Positions 28,442-38,056 of a stretch of 64,000 nucleotides of DNA are shown one piece after another. The DNA lies in the IMG/VR virus record IMGVR_UViG_3300042867_001289, positions 1 through 64,000 of that record. The stretch is one strand, 5' to 3'. How positions within the stretch are numbered: position 1 is the stretch's first letter; every line of letters begins with the position of its first letter. Origin of the DNA: a virus. A program made the translations under genes and the position numbers. Below the pieces are notes generated by a model, which did no database searches, was not told the origin of the DNA, and saw only the letters and a program-made list of their open reading frames with translations.

Positions 28442-29391
28442 AGATCTCGCATCATGTTCCAGGTTGTTTTGTCAATCTCGCCAGTAACGGGCAGTCCAAA
28501 GAAAGCTTGGATTGCTTCAGTCTTTTCAATCGAAGCACCATTGTGTACGCCTGTTACAGGCACACCAACAGCTTCCTGCCAGCTTGCCACTGCCTTAGCT
28601 TTAGATCCGGCTTTCAAGGCGTTAGAACCACGGAAAACAGGCAAAGGTGCAAGCAAGGTGGGCGCTGCCACAAGGGGGTCAGCGGATACCGGCTCGTCTG
28701 GCAAGAAAACGTTTGCCAACTCTTCCATACCCGTATTGGCCTTAGTCAAAACCTCTACCGGCACTTCGTAAACCGTTGCTTCTGGTTCCTCTAAAACAAC
28801 TTCTATTGGATCTTCGACTAACCCCTCAGCATTCAACACACCAAGATTTTTGAGCAATTTAGCAAAAGCGTCGAAGTTGAAACGCCCTGGGTCCCAACGC
28901 GTAAGCCCTGGAACGTGTTGCATCCCGCAGATACCGTTAAAGGTTTCCCACTCATCCACACGGATACGTTGCGGGGAGTTAGCATCAGCGATCATCCCTG
29001 CTTCCATCCCAACAAAAGTGGGGGCATAAGCCCGAATGTCAAACTCTAGGCAGATTGGGGCTAGAACCTCAGCCATCCACCCGATATCGTCATCGGTCAA
29101 GTTCATAATCTCGGAAGCTCTAGCTTCTAAAGTGACCGAGATGCAAGCAGCGCCAACAATCCCAAAATTACCTTGGGTTGTTTTAGCAATATTTGCGCCT
29201 ACGTTAAAAGGAAGGGCTTGTTTTACTGAACGCTCCTGGAAGTTGAGGTACAAGTGTGTGATACCACGGCTTTCAGTGTCAAAAAACTCTGATGTAGTCA
29301 GAATGATTCGAGAGGGTCCTCCCTTTGTAAGCCTATTTTGCTTTCGGGTTGGAAAGGAAATTTTTTGTGCAAGCAAATGCCAGTTTTTCAT
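28438..29391 (-). CDS. Degenerate amidase-like protein with peptidoglycan-binding C-terminus
   Basis: GICGMQHVPG..WDPG; C-terminal WQEAVGVPVTG / QAFFGLPVTGEIDKTTW. Confidence 0.65.
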   Translation of the reverse strand: MKNWHLLAQKISFPTRKQNRLTKGGPSRIILTTSEFFDTESRGITHLYLNFQERSVKQALPFNVGANIAKTTQGNFGIVGAACISVTLEARASEIMNLTDDDIGWMAEVLAPICLEFDIRAYAPTFVGMEAGMIADANSPQRIRVDEWETFNGICGMQHVPGLTRWDPGRFNFDAFAKLLKNLGVLNAEGLVEDPIEVVLEEPEATVYEVPVEVLTKANTGMEELANVFLPDEPVSADPLVAAPTLLAPLPVFRGSNALKAGSKAKAVASWQEAVGVPVTGVHNGASIEKTEAIQAFFGLPVTGEIDKTTWNMMRDL

Positions 29392-29442
29392 GAAACCAAT
29401 CTTTTCTAGTTGTGTATGTGTTTGTTGCTTTGATCAGGGGAG

Positions 29443-29862
29443 TTAGAAAGGTTCTTCATCCTGTGCAAATGCTGCTACTGGAGCCTTTGGGGCTGGGGCA
29501 GCTCCGTTGGCCTGAAACTGGCGGCGAGTAATTGACTCTAGGCCGATAACGTGTGCACCGATTTCGTCGACAACAAGTTCAACCTTAGAGCGCTTTTGAC
29601 CGCTGTCCTTGTCTTCCCATGAGCGCTGCTCAAGGCGGCCAGTAACAACAACCTTGGTACCCTTGGTGAGGATCTCACATGCCTGTTCGCCAAGCTTCCC
29701 CCAGATGACACAGTCAAAGAAGGAAGTGATTTCTTCTTCAGAATCGCGAGGCTTGCGTGACACTGCAACTGAAATGTTTGCAACAGCAAGACCGGTCTTC
29801 GTAAACTTTAGCTCTGGATCTCGTGTGAGGTTTCCAGAAAGATGTGTAGATGCAATAGCCAT
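29443..29862 (-). CDS. ssb: Single-stranded DNA-binding protein
   Basis: GNLTRDPELKFT..GRLEQRSWE..DEEPF tail. Confidence 0.95.
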   Translation of the reverse strand: MAIASTHLSGNLTRDPELKFTKTGLAVANISVAVSRKPRDSEEEITSFFDCVIWGKLGEQACEILTKGTKVVVTGRLEQRSWEDKDSGQKRSKVELVVDEIGAHVIGLESITRRQFQANGAAPAPKAPVAAFAQDEEPF

Positions 29863-29935
29863 ATTTATTTACTCCTATTAGGTATTTGATGTTTTATGAA
29901 ATGACATTCTTACACTAGTAGTATACACTTGTCAA

Positions 29936-30172
29936 ATGATCTCTATCGAAGAAGCCCAACTACAGGTGTGGGAATCTATCCAAGCAGTTCTTGTCGACCT
30001 TGCTATTGATGAAGACATTAGCGAAGAAGAACTCCAAGAGCTTGAAGATTCGCTTGGCAACGCTGCCGATCTTATTATTGAAGCTTTAGAGCTAAGGATT
30101 ACAAGCGTCGGTGACGGCACTACAGGAACTGCAGAACTAAACATTTCACCATTGCTCGACATGGAAGCCTAA
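29936..30172 (+). CDS. Small acidic protein
   Basis: Lone plus-strand ORF, very Asp/Glu-rich. Confidence 0.6.
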   Translation: MISIEEAQLQVWESIQAVLVDLAIDEDISEEELQELEDSLGNAADLIIEALELRITSVGDGTTGTAELNISPLLDMEA

Positions 30173-30537
30173 GAGACTAACGTCTTTTTACGGCTCTTAG
30201 CTCTTTGAGCCCGCCGCCTAATCACATAGCATTCTTCAGAACAAATAAACTGATTCCGCTTTACACGAGTGAAGCCCTTACCGCACTGAGCGCAATGCAA
30301 GTTCAGCTGTTTTTCTTCTCTTAGCTTTCTGCGCTCACGGCCTGATGTGCCGCCGTAGATGCCAGCAAATTCTTCTATATTTTCTTCTAAGCAAATATCT
30401 TTAACTGGGCATTCCGCACAGATAGACATTGCCAAATCGGAAGACTCGCCAACACCAGGAAAAAATATGTCTGGTGGGAAATTGCGGCATGCAGCATGAT
30501 TTCTCCATTGATTTTTTTCTTCTACATTTTGAATCAT
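30169..30537 (-). CDS. whiB: WhiB-family transcription factor with extra C-terminal Zn finger
   Basis: WRNHAAC..ICAECPVKDIC..GIYGG; CAQC..CSEEC. Confidence 0.9.
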   Translation of the reverse strand: MIQNVEEKNQWRNHAACRNFPPDIFFPGVGESSDLAMSICAECPVKDICLEENIEEFAGIYGGTSGRERRKLREEKQLNLHCAQCGKGFTRVKRNQFICSEECYVIRRRAQRAKSRKKTLVS

Positions 30538-30791
30538 TCATTTTCCTTATATAGATTTTCTACAGTGTGAACAGAAACAAGTGGCCGCAGGGTGCCGCTA
30601 AGACCGGCTTGCCACTCTACAAGTCCATGTTTTTTAAGATGAACTAAAGATGCATGCGCCGAGGCCACCGAACAACCTGATAGTTCTGCCGCTTTACGAA
30701 TAGTCACCCGACGCTCCTTGCCGTAAATGTGTATTACAGCAATGAGCACGCGAATAGAAATGTCAGACAGGTAGGTTCGACTTAGCGTCAA
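30534..30791 (-). CDS. LexA-like winged-helix DNA-binding protein
   Basis: TIRKAAELSGCSVASAHASLVHLKKHGLVEW. Confidence 0.75.
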   Translation of the reverse strand: MTLSRTYLSDISIRVLIAVIHIYGKERRVTIRKAAELSGCSVASAHASLVHLKKHGLVEWQAGLSGTLRPLVSVHTVENLYKENE

Positions 30792-31708
30792 GCCATCTCG
30801 CTAACTTTTGACCACGCTTCCACGGTCAGTAGGTGCAGGTTTACAAGCCCGTCCCAGGATAGGCCTTGATCGACAATAACACCGTTATACCATCGCGGCT
30901 GAGACAAGTACCCACCAGCAAGCGCAAAGATGCCCTGTCGCCCCTGCATAAATTCTACGACTAACCTCTCACGCTCGGCGAGCATCTCGTAGGTTATGCC
31001 TTCGTCGTATGGGTCCATGCCAGCGTTGTAGATAACAAAATCCCAGTCACGATCGCAGTATGACAAAGCGCTATTGATATCGTCTAGGTATTTGAATCGG
31101 TCAGAAATAACCAATCTGTTATCAGAGGTATCACGCTTATCGTCCCAGACGTCAAAGGGTGTGACTGTTACGTCGCATTGGACAACGCCCTTCCAGTTAT
31201 CGCCTTGGGAGTTCATGATGTCCATTGTTCCGCCACCAGCGTGGGCATCAAAATCAAGGACAAGGATTCGCTCTGCGCCATGTCGGCGTGCAGCAAAGAC
31301 TGAGGCCGCTAACCCGTTGAACGTGCAGTATCCTGCTCCCCTTGAGTAGGAAGCGTGATGCAACCCTGAGGACAGTGAGCCTGCCCATTGTCCACCGGAT
31401 TCAAGAACGTGCGCAGTAGCGTCAACTAGCCCCCTGGAATGGGCAACGGCCATCGTGTAGATGCCATCATCCCATGTAAATCCAGATGATTCGGAAAGAC
31501 TTCTTGGTGTGCCACTTTGAATTGCTTCAATGTAGCCAAGATCATGAATTTGCGCCAAGCATCGTTCGACGCTGATATCTGAAGGAGCAATAAGCTCTGC
31601 TTCAGGGCAGCGACCATCCATAATGGCTTTAGCTACCTTTGCTGATTTGCGGGTTGTGTCAAATGAGTATTCGCACGCGTTGTATCGTTCATCGTAATAA
31701 ACATGCAT
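30788..31708 (-). CDS. Zn-dependent deacetylase (HDAC/AcuC family)
   Basis: GLHHA..GYCTFN..LDFDAHAGGG..YNAGMD..AGGY. Confidence 0.9.
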   Translation of the reverse strand: MHVYYDERYNACEYSFDTTRKSAKVAKAIMDGRCPEAELIAPSDISVERCLAQIHDLGYIEAIQSGTPRSLSESSGFTWDDGIYTMAVAHSRGLVDATAHVLESGGQWAGSLSSGLHHASYSRGAGYCTFNGLAASVFAARRHGAERILVLDFDAHAGGGTMDIMNSQGDNWKGVVQCDVTVTPFDVWDDKRDTSDNRLVISDRFKYLDDINSALSYCDRDWDFVIYNAGMDPYDEGITYEMLAERERLVVEFMQGRQGIFALAGGYLSQPRWYNGVIVDQGLSWDGLVNLHLLTVEAWSKVSEMA

Positions 31709-32238
31709 TAGAACGAACCTCCGATGCCGTATGAGGCACCTTCAGGTGCACGGTCAAAGTTGAGTGCAAAATTAGCAAGCGAGCCTGACTTGAGACCGAA
31801 ATGGGTTTCAATGTGGCCAAGCACAAGACCGTTAGGGCAGAACCATTGATCTGCTGGGTGGATCTCAGCAAGCTTTTCAATAGCCTCTTTGGGGGCTACT
31901 CCACGGGCGATTGAGACGCCGATGGCTGTTGCCGTTGAGCGTGAAATCCCTGCATGGCAGTGGATCAAGATGGGCTCGTTGGTCTTTGCACCGAACTTAA
32001 CCAGCTTTTTGACTTGGCTGAAAGTGGGTGCCCAGATGCTTGATACGTCTTCTGTGTCACCAAACTTTTCGATGCAATGGTTGGGGTGCTCCCAACGGAC
32101 TTCGCTGGGTGAAGGGCCTGCAGTGATTACTGCAGGGAAGTATGGGGCGAGCAGTGCTGCATCCTGAATACCTCTGACTGTCGGCATTGCAATGCCTTTG
32201 TAAATTGTTGTGCTTTGGGTTTCTTTAGTATTGTTCAT
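31708..32238 (-). CDS. Protein tyrosine/dual-specificity phosphatase
   Basis: IHCHAGISRS (CX5R); TTGACA..TACAAT just upstream. Confidence 0.9.
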   Translation of the reverse strand: MNNTKETQSTTIYKGIAMPTVRGIQDAALLAPYFPAVITAGPSPSEVRWEHPNHCIEKFGDTEDVSSIWAPTFSQVKKLVKFGAKTNEPILIHCHAGISRSTATAIGVSIARGVAPKEAIEKLAEIHPADQWFCPNGLVLGHIETHFGLKSGSLANFALNFDRAPEGASYGIGGSF

Positions 32239-32336
32239 AGTTAGTATTGTAAACCATCCTAGTTAGTTTGTCAAGTTAATATTTTCTTGTGGGTAAAAAG
32301 TGGGCACCCCGCCCCACCGAAGGGTGCCCACAAACC

Positions 32337-33359
32337 TTACGCCAGAGCCAACACCGCTTGCTGAGTCGCAACCTTGCGCTTAGAGACCCAAGAGTTCTGG
32401 TCCATGCTCAGAATTGCCATACGATCAACATCGCCCTCACGGCCATGATCAAGGAACTCTACAACAGCATTGTATAGCGTCCAACCATTATGCCCAGCCT
32501 TGCCAGCGTTGCGTGGGTTGTCCCAAATAGCCTTGACATGGGCGATGTTGTCATCCCTGTTGCGACGGGAAACATCTGTCCCATCCTCATTGACCGGGAA
32601 AGCAACCTTCAACACACGATCAACACTGTTGCTACCTGGCACGCAGGTAGTTGCCAGCATCTTCTCAGCAGTATCAGTAAATGCGTCAGCCCAAGCCGTG
32701 GACATCCCAAGCGCCGTCTGAGCATCCTGTAGGACGCTTTCCACGTTTGAGGTGTGCTTAGCCTTGAATGTGGAGCGTGCCGTGCTAAGGCCCATTCTCA
32801 CGGTGTTTTGGCAAACCGCACGAACATTCGTGTTCGCATAGGTAATAGCAGTCTCACCGTCATGCCCAGTAAAAACGAGCAAGTTGCGGGCAATGCTATC
32901 GTTCGCTCCAAGCGGATCGATAATGAGCGAGCCCAGATCCAGCGAAGCGAAGAACTTGCGGCCCTCGTCTAGTACGCCGCAGGTATCGACAACAGCGCCA
33001 CCTTTAGACGATCCGACAATAGCTAAGGCCCTAGTGAGAACCTCGCTGTTTTGTACGGGCATGTACCGCTTCCCAACGATAGCGAGCGCATTTCGGTCGC
33101 CGTCGACATCGTCACGGATAGTTGCCCGAGCGCTTTCGACAACCAGTGGCTGACCTGCTTCGTCGAGGATCAAATTGCCGTCGTCGTCGATTGCAGCAAC
33201 ACGAGTTGTGCGAACGGTGTAGTCGGCCATTGCCGCCTTAAGCATTTCCTCAGCGGTCTGCAATCCCTGCATTGGTACACCTAGTTGGTGCCAAGGGCTT
33301 GTGTGGTTTGCGTAGGCAAATCGGGTGCGATCGCCGTTGATTTCTAGATTATGTGCCAT
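32337..33359 (-). CDS. DUF932 phage/plasmid-like protein
   Basis: MAHNLE..PWHQLG..RYMPVQN..HDG..VRAVCQNT..WTLYNAVVEFLDH. Confidence 0.88.
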   Translation of the reverse strand: MAHNLEINGDRTRFAYANHTSPWHQLGVPMQGLQTAEEMLKAAMADYTVRTTRVAAIDDDGNLILDEAGQPLVVESARATIRDDVDGDRNALAIVGKRYMPVQNSEVLTRALAIVGSSKGGAVVDTCGVLDEGRKFFASLDLGSLIIDPLGANDSIARNLLVFTGHDGETAITYANTNVRAVCQNTVRMGLSTARSTFKAKHTSNVESVLQDAQTALGMSTAWADAFTDTAEKMLATTCVPGSNSVDRVLKVAFPVNEDGTDVSRRNRDDNIAHVKAIWDNPRNAGKAGHNGWTLYNAVVEFLDHGREGDVDRMAILSMDQNSWVSKRKVATQQAVLALA

Positions 33360-33421
33360 GTGTTTACTGCTCCTGTTAGTAGTTAGATCTAACTATACAT
33401 GCTATTGAGGCACCTGTCAAG

Positions 33422-33495
33422 TGGGGGCAATGGGACTCGAACCCATGACCGGCGCATTATGAGTGCGCTGCTCTAACCAACTGAGCTATACCCCC
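33422..33495 (-). tRNA. tRNA with CAT anticodon (probably Ile2; Met not excluded)
   Basis: GGGGGTA-TAGCTCAGTTGGTTAGAGC-A-GCGCA-CTCATAA-TGCGC..GGTTCGAGTCC..TGCCCCC-A cloverleaf. Confidence 0.92.
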
Positions 33496-33776
33496 TCGTG
33501 ATTTTTCCATTCCAAATACGACTCATAAGATATGTCATCCCAAAATGTCACAGCATCACATCTAACGCAAACCATTCCATCAGCACTCTTAGCATCCCAA
33601 GTCCTTTGCCAGCATGGGCCCAGGATGCCAAGAGCATTCAATGTCGATTTACGGGTAACAAGTTCACTTACAACAATTTCAACATCCGACTCAGCCTTTT
33701 TTACTAAAATCCACCTGTGATTACCACCAAAAAATCTAACCACCTTACACCAGAGGACATTGCAAATGATACGCAT
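33486..33776 (-). CDS. Hypothetical protein
   Basis: RBS AAGGAG; stop overlaps tRNA 5' end by 10 nt. Confidence 0.6.
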   Translation of the reverse strand: MRIICNVLWCKVVRFFGGNHRWILVKKAESDVEIVVSELVTRKSTLNALGILGPCWQRTWDAKSADGMVCVRCDAVTFWDDISYESYLEWKNHEGV

Positions 33777-33785
33777 AGGATCTCC

Positions 33786-34388
33786 TTAACCTGTAAAGCT
33801 AATTTGGGCAGGCGCTAGTTGTACTTCCACTTGAGTTTCCACCTGAATGGCAGCTGGGATAGTTGTAGTAGTTCTGGGGATAGTGGTCGTCGGAACAGCC
33901 GTACTTGTTGTTGTGGTCCTTGGAATTGTTGTACTTGTGGTAGTCGTGGTAGGTGCTGTCGTGCTAGTTGTTGTACTTGTGGTAGTCGTGGTCGTCGGAA
34001 CAGTCGTGCTCGTTGTGCTTGACGTACTCGTTGACGTAGTCGTAGTCGGGTTTACCGGCTTACAGCCATTCCCCCAAATCGCTTGACCCTCCGCGTCCCA
34101 ATTCAGGCCACTATGAATTCCAGCAATCGGCGGAATAATATCATCGGGGTGATTCAAATAGTGATCGCCCTGACCGCTGTCGTTCCCTGCGTCGCCATCA
34201 ACGGAATCCTGCGCCACGGTGAGACTGACAAACGGATTCGACTCCGAGCTCGTCGCATGACAGATATCCACCTTCTCACGATCAGGCGTAGCCGAAACAG
34301 CCCCAGTTAGGCTAAGCAGAACAAAGCCAACAGCGAAGACGGTTATAACAACCAAAGAAAGCTTTTTCATTAATATTTTTCCTTCCAA
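33786..34388 (-). CDS. Secreted protein with Thr-rich stalk
   Basis: Signal peptide, KVDICHATSSESNPF domain, poly-Thr, ends SFTG. Confidence 0.8.
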   Translation of the reverse strand: MEGKILMKKLSLVVITVFAVGFVLLSLTGAVSATPDREKVDICHATSSESNPFVSLTVAQDSVDGDAGNDSGQGDHYLNHPDDIIPPIAGIHSGLNWDAEGQAIWGNGCKPVNPTTTTSTSTSSTTSTTVPTTTTTTSTTTSTTAPTTTTTSTTIPRTTTTSTAVPTTTIPRTTTTIPAAIQVETQVEVQLAPAQISFTG

Positions 34389-34482
34389 AAAGAGACGTAG
34401 GGCAAGCGCCTAAGCGCCTGCCCTACAATATCAAAATGGATTGACGGTACTGTCAAACTTTCTCAATTAGAGTCTTTAGACC

Positions 34483-34896
34483 CTAACAAGGCTTTGGCGG
34501 ATAATGCCAAGGGCTGCGACCGATATTCTCCAAAGTCCAGATAGCTACAGCGTCCTGCACATGAGGAGGAGCTGAACGCGCCGTCGCATAACCTCTATGT
34601 CCTGCGCGAGCCGACAGATTCCGCCAACTGCTGTCAAGGAATTGATACGCTCCAGATGCCGTGCTCGAAGGATTCTTCGCCGAATAATTATTGCCCGACT
34701 CCCGATTCCGAACACACGCCAAAAACCCCCCAGGAGGACTATGAACAGGCTTATTAGACGCCACAAGATGCTGACGAACAGCTTCCTGCTCAACCGTATT
34801 CATCGTGTGGTAAAGAGCTACTTCCTCAGGCGTGCAGGCCGCTACAGATCCAACAACCAATACCGAAAAAACTACAACTCTCATAAATTTGAACAT
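34483..34896 (-). CDS. Rpf-like lytic transglycosylase lipoprotein
   Basis: Lipobox VAAC; CVRNRESGNNY..ASGAYQFLDSSW..QDAVA..PW. Confidence 0.85.
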   Translation of the reverse strand: MFKFMRVVVFSVLVVGSVAACTPEEVALYHTMNTVEQEAVRQHLVASNKPVHSPPGGFLACVRNRESGNNYSAKNPSSTASGAYQFLDSSWRNLSARAGHRGYATARSAPPHVQDAVAIWTLENIGRSPWHYPPKPC

Positions 34897-35026
34897 AACA
34901 ATGTTAACCTTTCATAGAAGGCTCCGGGGAGTGGCTATTCAACCCAGAGCTGCGAGGTCACTACTGTAGCACACATATTACAGAAGTGTTACAACTTTCC
35001 AATTTGGCACAAAAGAAAGACACCAA

Positions 35027-35359
35027 ATGACCGAAATATACAGAAACCTACACAGAAAAGACTGGTCAATAAGAAACAAAGGCATCGTCACACAACACAC
35101 AAAAACAACAGCAATCAGCCCAGCCAAATTCGTAGTACAACCAGCCGGACGAAAAAAAGTCCTCAAAGAACAACGCAAAAACGTCCACGCATTCATTAGA
35201 GGCCAAGTCACCGACATCCCACCAAACTGGCAAACCTGGAAACAAGTAAAATACAACCCATACCTATTCGACCACTTCTACGACGTAGACACACTCAAAC
35301 GCATCGACACAGCTACCGTTGTCGTGCTTGCCGAAGACGGCAGCGCCTACTACCAATAG
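35027..35359 (+). CDS. Conserved phage hypothetical protein
   Basis: YRNLH..WSIR..RKNVHAF..YNPY. Confidence 0.75.
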   Translation: MTEIYRNLHRKDWSIRNKGIVTQHTKTTAISPAKFVVQPAGRKKVLKEQRKNVHAFIRGQVTDIPPNWQTWKQVKYNPYLFDHFYDVDTLKRIDTATVVVLAEDGSAYYQ

Positions 35360-35583
35360 CACAAGCCCCGCCCCCAGTCTTACCCCTAAAATCTGACCCC
35401 TTTTGGTGGTTGGTGTGGTGGTTTGAAAGCCCCGTTCACCCCTGTCTGCCCCCTAAACTTTGACCCCTTTTGGTGGTGGTGGGAGCCCCGCCCCCTCTGT
35501 CCGCCCCCAAAATGTGTCCCCTTTTTGGTGGTTGTCGGGGCTGTGGGGTTGGGGAGGCCGTAGCCTCCCTTTCCCCTTTCGGG

Positions 35584-35697
35584 CTAGCGCCGCTCTTTCG
35601 ATTGGCGTGAGGCTTGGCCTCGGCGGTAGCCTCCGTCCCTGACCCCGTTGGGGGCCTCCCGTGCGGCTCGTGCCTCTTTGGCTTGTGCTTTCGTCAT
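35584..35697 (-). CDS. 37-aa basic peptide
   Basis: MTKAQAKEAR..GGYRRGQASRQSKERR; promoter, RBS, hairpin; paralog of 39550..39657. Confidence 0.75.
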   Translation of the reverse strand: MTKAQAKEARAAREAPNGVRDGGYRRGQASRQSKERR

Positions 35698-35749
35698 GCT
35701 GGCTCCTCTGCTAGGTGATGTACTCAATCTAGCCGATGGGCCATACCCT

Positions 35750-35921
35750 TGTCAAGTCAATACGACAAGTTTCTGTGATGCGATTCTAGGCCTGCAATCT
35801 CTTGACGGGTACGAGTACCGCCGACAACCGAGAACGCGCCTAGAACGCTCTTGTGGACGCTCTAGAGCGAACATCCGCCGACTGATTAGCCTCACAAACA
35901 ATCTGCAACAATGACTTGACA
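35750..35921. promoter_or_regulatory. Long-type divergent promoter spacer (copies at ~36626, 37615, 38512, 40174)
   Basis: TGTCAA..ACAAGTTTCTGTGATGCGATTCTAGGC..GAACGCGCC..GACTTGACA conserved in five copies. Confidence 0.85.
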
Positions 35922-35973
35922 AGGATATGGCCACCATGTAGTCTAAGTACATCACCTAGCGAAGGAGTACGAA

Positions 35974-36129
35974 GTGCACAACAGCCAATTTGACCGGGTC
36001 ATGCCGGGCGGAGGGTCCGACTGGGTCCACGCCGCCAACATGGCGGACGACCTAGCCGATGTCGATCACGACGACGACTACGACGACGACGACTACGACG
36101 AATGGCCGCCACGCCGAGAGGACTGGTGA
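35974..36129 (+). CDS. 51-aa very acidic peptide
   Basis: GTG after AAGGAG; ..DDDYDDDDYDEW..; hairpin follows. Confidence 0.75.
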   Translation: MHNSQFDRVMPGGGSDWVHAANMADDLADVDHDDDYDDDDYDEWPPRREDW

Positions 36130-36136
36130 GCCACCG

Positions 36137-36153
36137 GGGGCCGAAAGGCCCCC
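36137..36153 (+). terminator. GC hairpin terminator (representative of many copies)
   Basis: GGGGCC-GAAA-GGCCCC just after a stop; near-identical hairpins at ~37156, 38946, 39665, 40602, 42426, 44285, 47924. Confidence 0.75.
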
Positions 36154-36395
36154 ACCTTCCCCTTTTTTCCTTTGCGTCCCGCACACCCCAAACCCCCACC
36201 ACCCCAACGGGACCCCCAAACACACCACCCACACCCCTGGAAGCTATCCGAAAAGCACAAGCCCCGGCCCCCAGCCCTTCCCCCCAAACTTGTACCCCTT
36301 TTTGATGATTGGTCGGGGCTGTCGAATCAACGTGAGGTTTGCACTAGCGGGGCCGCGAGGCAAGGGTGGAAGGCTTGCGCCCCCCCCTTGCGGGC

Positions 36396-36572
36396 TTAGC
36401 CCCACAGCCCCCCTTCGTCCTCAGCGCGACCGACATGCTCGGAAACAGCCTCGTCGCAGCAGTCCTCGCAGAGCAGCTCCGGCCCTGCGACGGTGATGTG
36501 CGTCCAAGTGGCGTCTGCGCCGCAGACTTCGCACTCGTGCCACACATCTAGTAGGTGAGTAAAAACGGCCAT
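36396..36572 (-). CDS. Small acidic CxxC protein
   Basis: CEVC..CEDC; own promoter and RBS. Confidence 0.75.
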   Translation of the reverse strand: MAVFTHLLDVWHECEVCGADATWTHITVAGPELLCEDCCDEAVSEHVGRAEDEGGLWG

Positions 36573-36859
36573 TGTTGGCCCCTTTCGGTTGGTGAAACAC
36601 TGACAATACACCCTGCCGCCGAGGCTGTCAAGCCAATACGACAAGTTTCTGTGATGCGATTCTAGGCGTGCAATCTCTTGACGGGTACGGATGCACCCGA
36701 GAACCGAGAACGCGCCGGAAACGTCCTTGTGAGCGTCCTGAGAGCAATATCCCCTAGGCGCTCGCAGTCGGTACCCCTGAAATCGGCATGCAGTAATGAC
36801 TTGACAAGGGGACCGGCACCGTGTACAGTCAATGTTTCACCAACCGAAAGGGGCCGCAC

Positions 36860-37150
36860 ATGTGGCTAATAACTGATCCGTGGAAAGACCTGAACAAAGA
36901 GGGTCTGACCGCTTGGCAAGCGGCCCTGTCAAAGGACGCTTTCGAGAGAGTCGAAAGCGCTTTTAGGCAGGCGGACGGTCTCGGAATTCGCATCTACCGC
37001 GAACATGACGCGACAGACCGGCCAACGTACTATACGGGCCGCGGCAGTTACGAATATTTTGCGGAATTCGACAATTGCTGGATGAGAATCGAACCAGAGC
37101 GTGACGGCCTAGAGTTTAGGCAGAATATCTACGTCCACATGAAAGGTTGA
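36860..37150 (+). CDS. Hypothetical protein
   Basis: Own promoter, RBS, hairpin. Confidence 0.75.
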   Translation: MWLITDPWKDLNKEGLTAWQAALSKDAFERVESAFRQADGLGIRIYREHDATDRPTYYTGRGSYEYFAEFDNCWMRIEPERDGLEFRQNIYVHMKG

Positions 37151-37416
37151 GCGAAGGGGGCCGCAAGGCCCCCACACTCGCGCACCCTCGCATGCGTCCC
37201 GCTATGGGAACCAGGCACCTGGAACCAAAGAAACACAAGCCCCGCCCCCCAAACTCACCCCGAACCCTGACCCCCCCCTTCAGGAAAGGCAAGCCCCGTT
37301 CCCCCGAATCTTTCCCCCCAAAGTTTGTCCCCTTTTCTCAATTTCGGGGCTGCCGTGTTGAACGTGGAATCAAGTAGCGGGACGCCCTGAAGGGGGAGCC
37401 TTTCGGCCCCCCTAGC

Positions 37417-37563
37417 TCAGTCCTCCCATCCAAAGCGGGCGAGCCATTCCTCACGCTCACATTGGATCTCAGCTTGGTCATCAAGCTCAGCTTGGATTTC
37501 AGCTGCAAACTCGGTGTCAACCCAGTCTTGCCACTGTTGGGATAGGTTAGCTTCGATGGCCAT
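37417..37563 (-). CDS. 48-aa acidic peptide
   Basis: MAIEANLSQQWQDWVDTEF..GWED; not in track. Confidence 0.7.
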   Translation of the reverse strand: MAIEANLSQQWQDWVDTEFAAEIQAELDDQAEIQCEREEWLARFGWED

Positions 37564-37864
37564 TTCGGCCCCTTTCGTTGGTGAAACACTCAACCTACTG
37601 CATGGCGGTCACCCTGTCAAGTCATTAGAACAAATATCTCTGAGGCCGTTCTAGGCCGTTCTAGGCGGTCGATTGTCGGCCCGCTACCGATACCGCCAGA
37701 ATCGACGAACGCGCTCAGAACGCGCTCACAGTGGCCCTAGAACGAATATCCCCTAGACAGTCGGCAGTCGACAGAAAGAATTGAGATATCCCGTCTAATG
37801 GCTTGACAGACATTCTCCCATAGAGTATCGTCAGTGTTTCACCACAAAGAAAGGGGCCAACAAC

Positions 37865-38056
37865 ATGGCTTCAGAAGATATGGGATGGGCTGTCTGTGAA
37901 GTCTGCGAAAGCGGCACTACAGACTCGGTAGTCATCGACACCGGCGAGGACCTTGCAATAGCGTGCCGGTCATGCTGGTGGGACTACATCGATGTCGAAT
38001 TCATCGATGGAGACCTCGATGCGGAGCGGGAATACCTGCAAGGCAGAGGGTTCTAG
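37865..38056 (+). CDS. Small acidic CxxC protein
   Basis: CEVC..CRSC. Confidence 0.75.
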   Translation: MASEDMGWAVCEVCESGTTDSVVIDTGEDLAIACRSCWWDYIDVEFIDGDLDAEREYLQGRGF

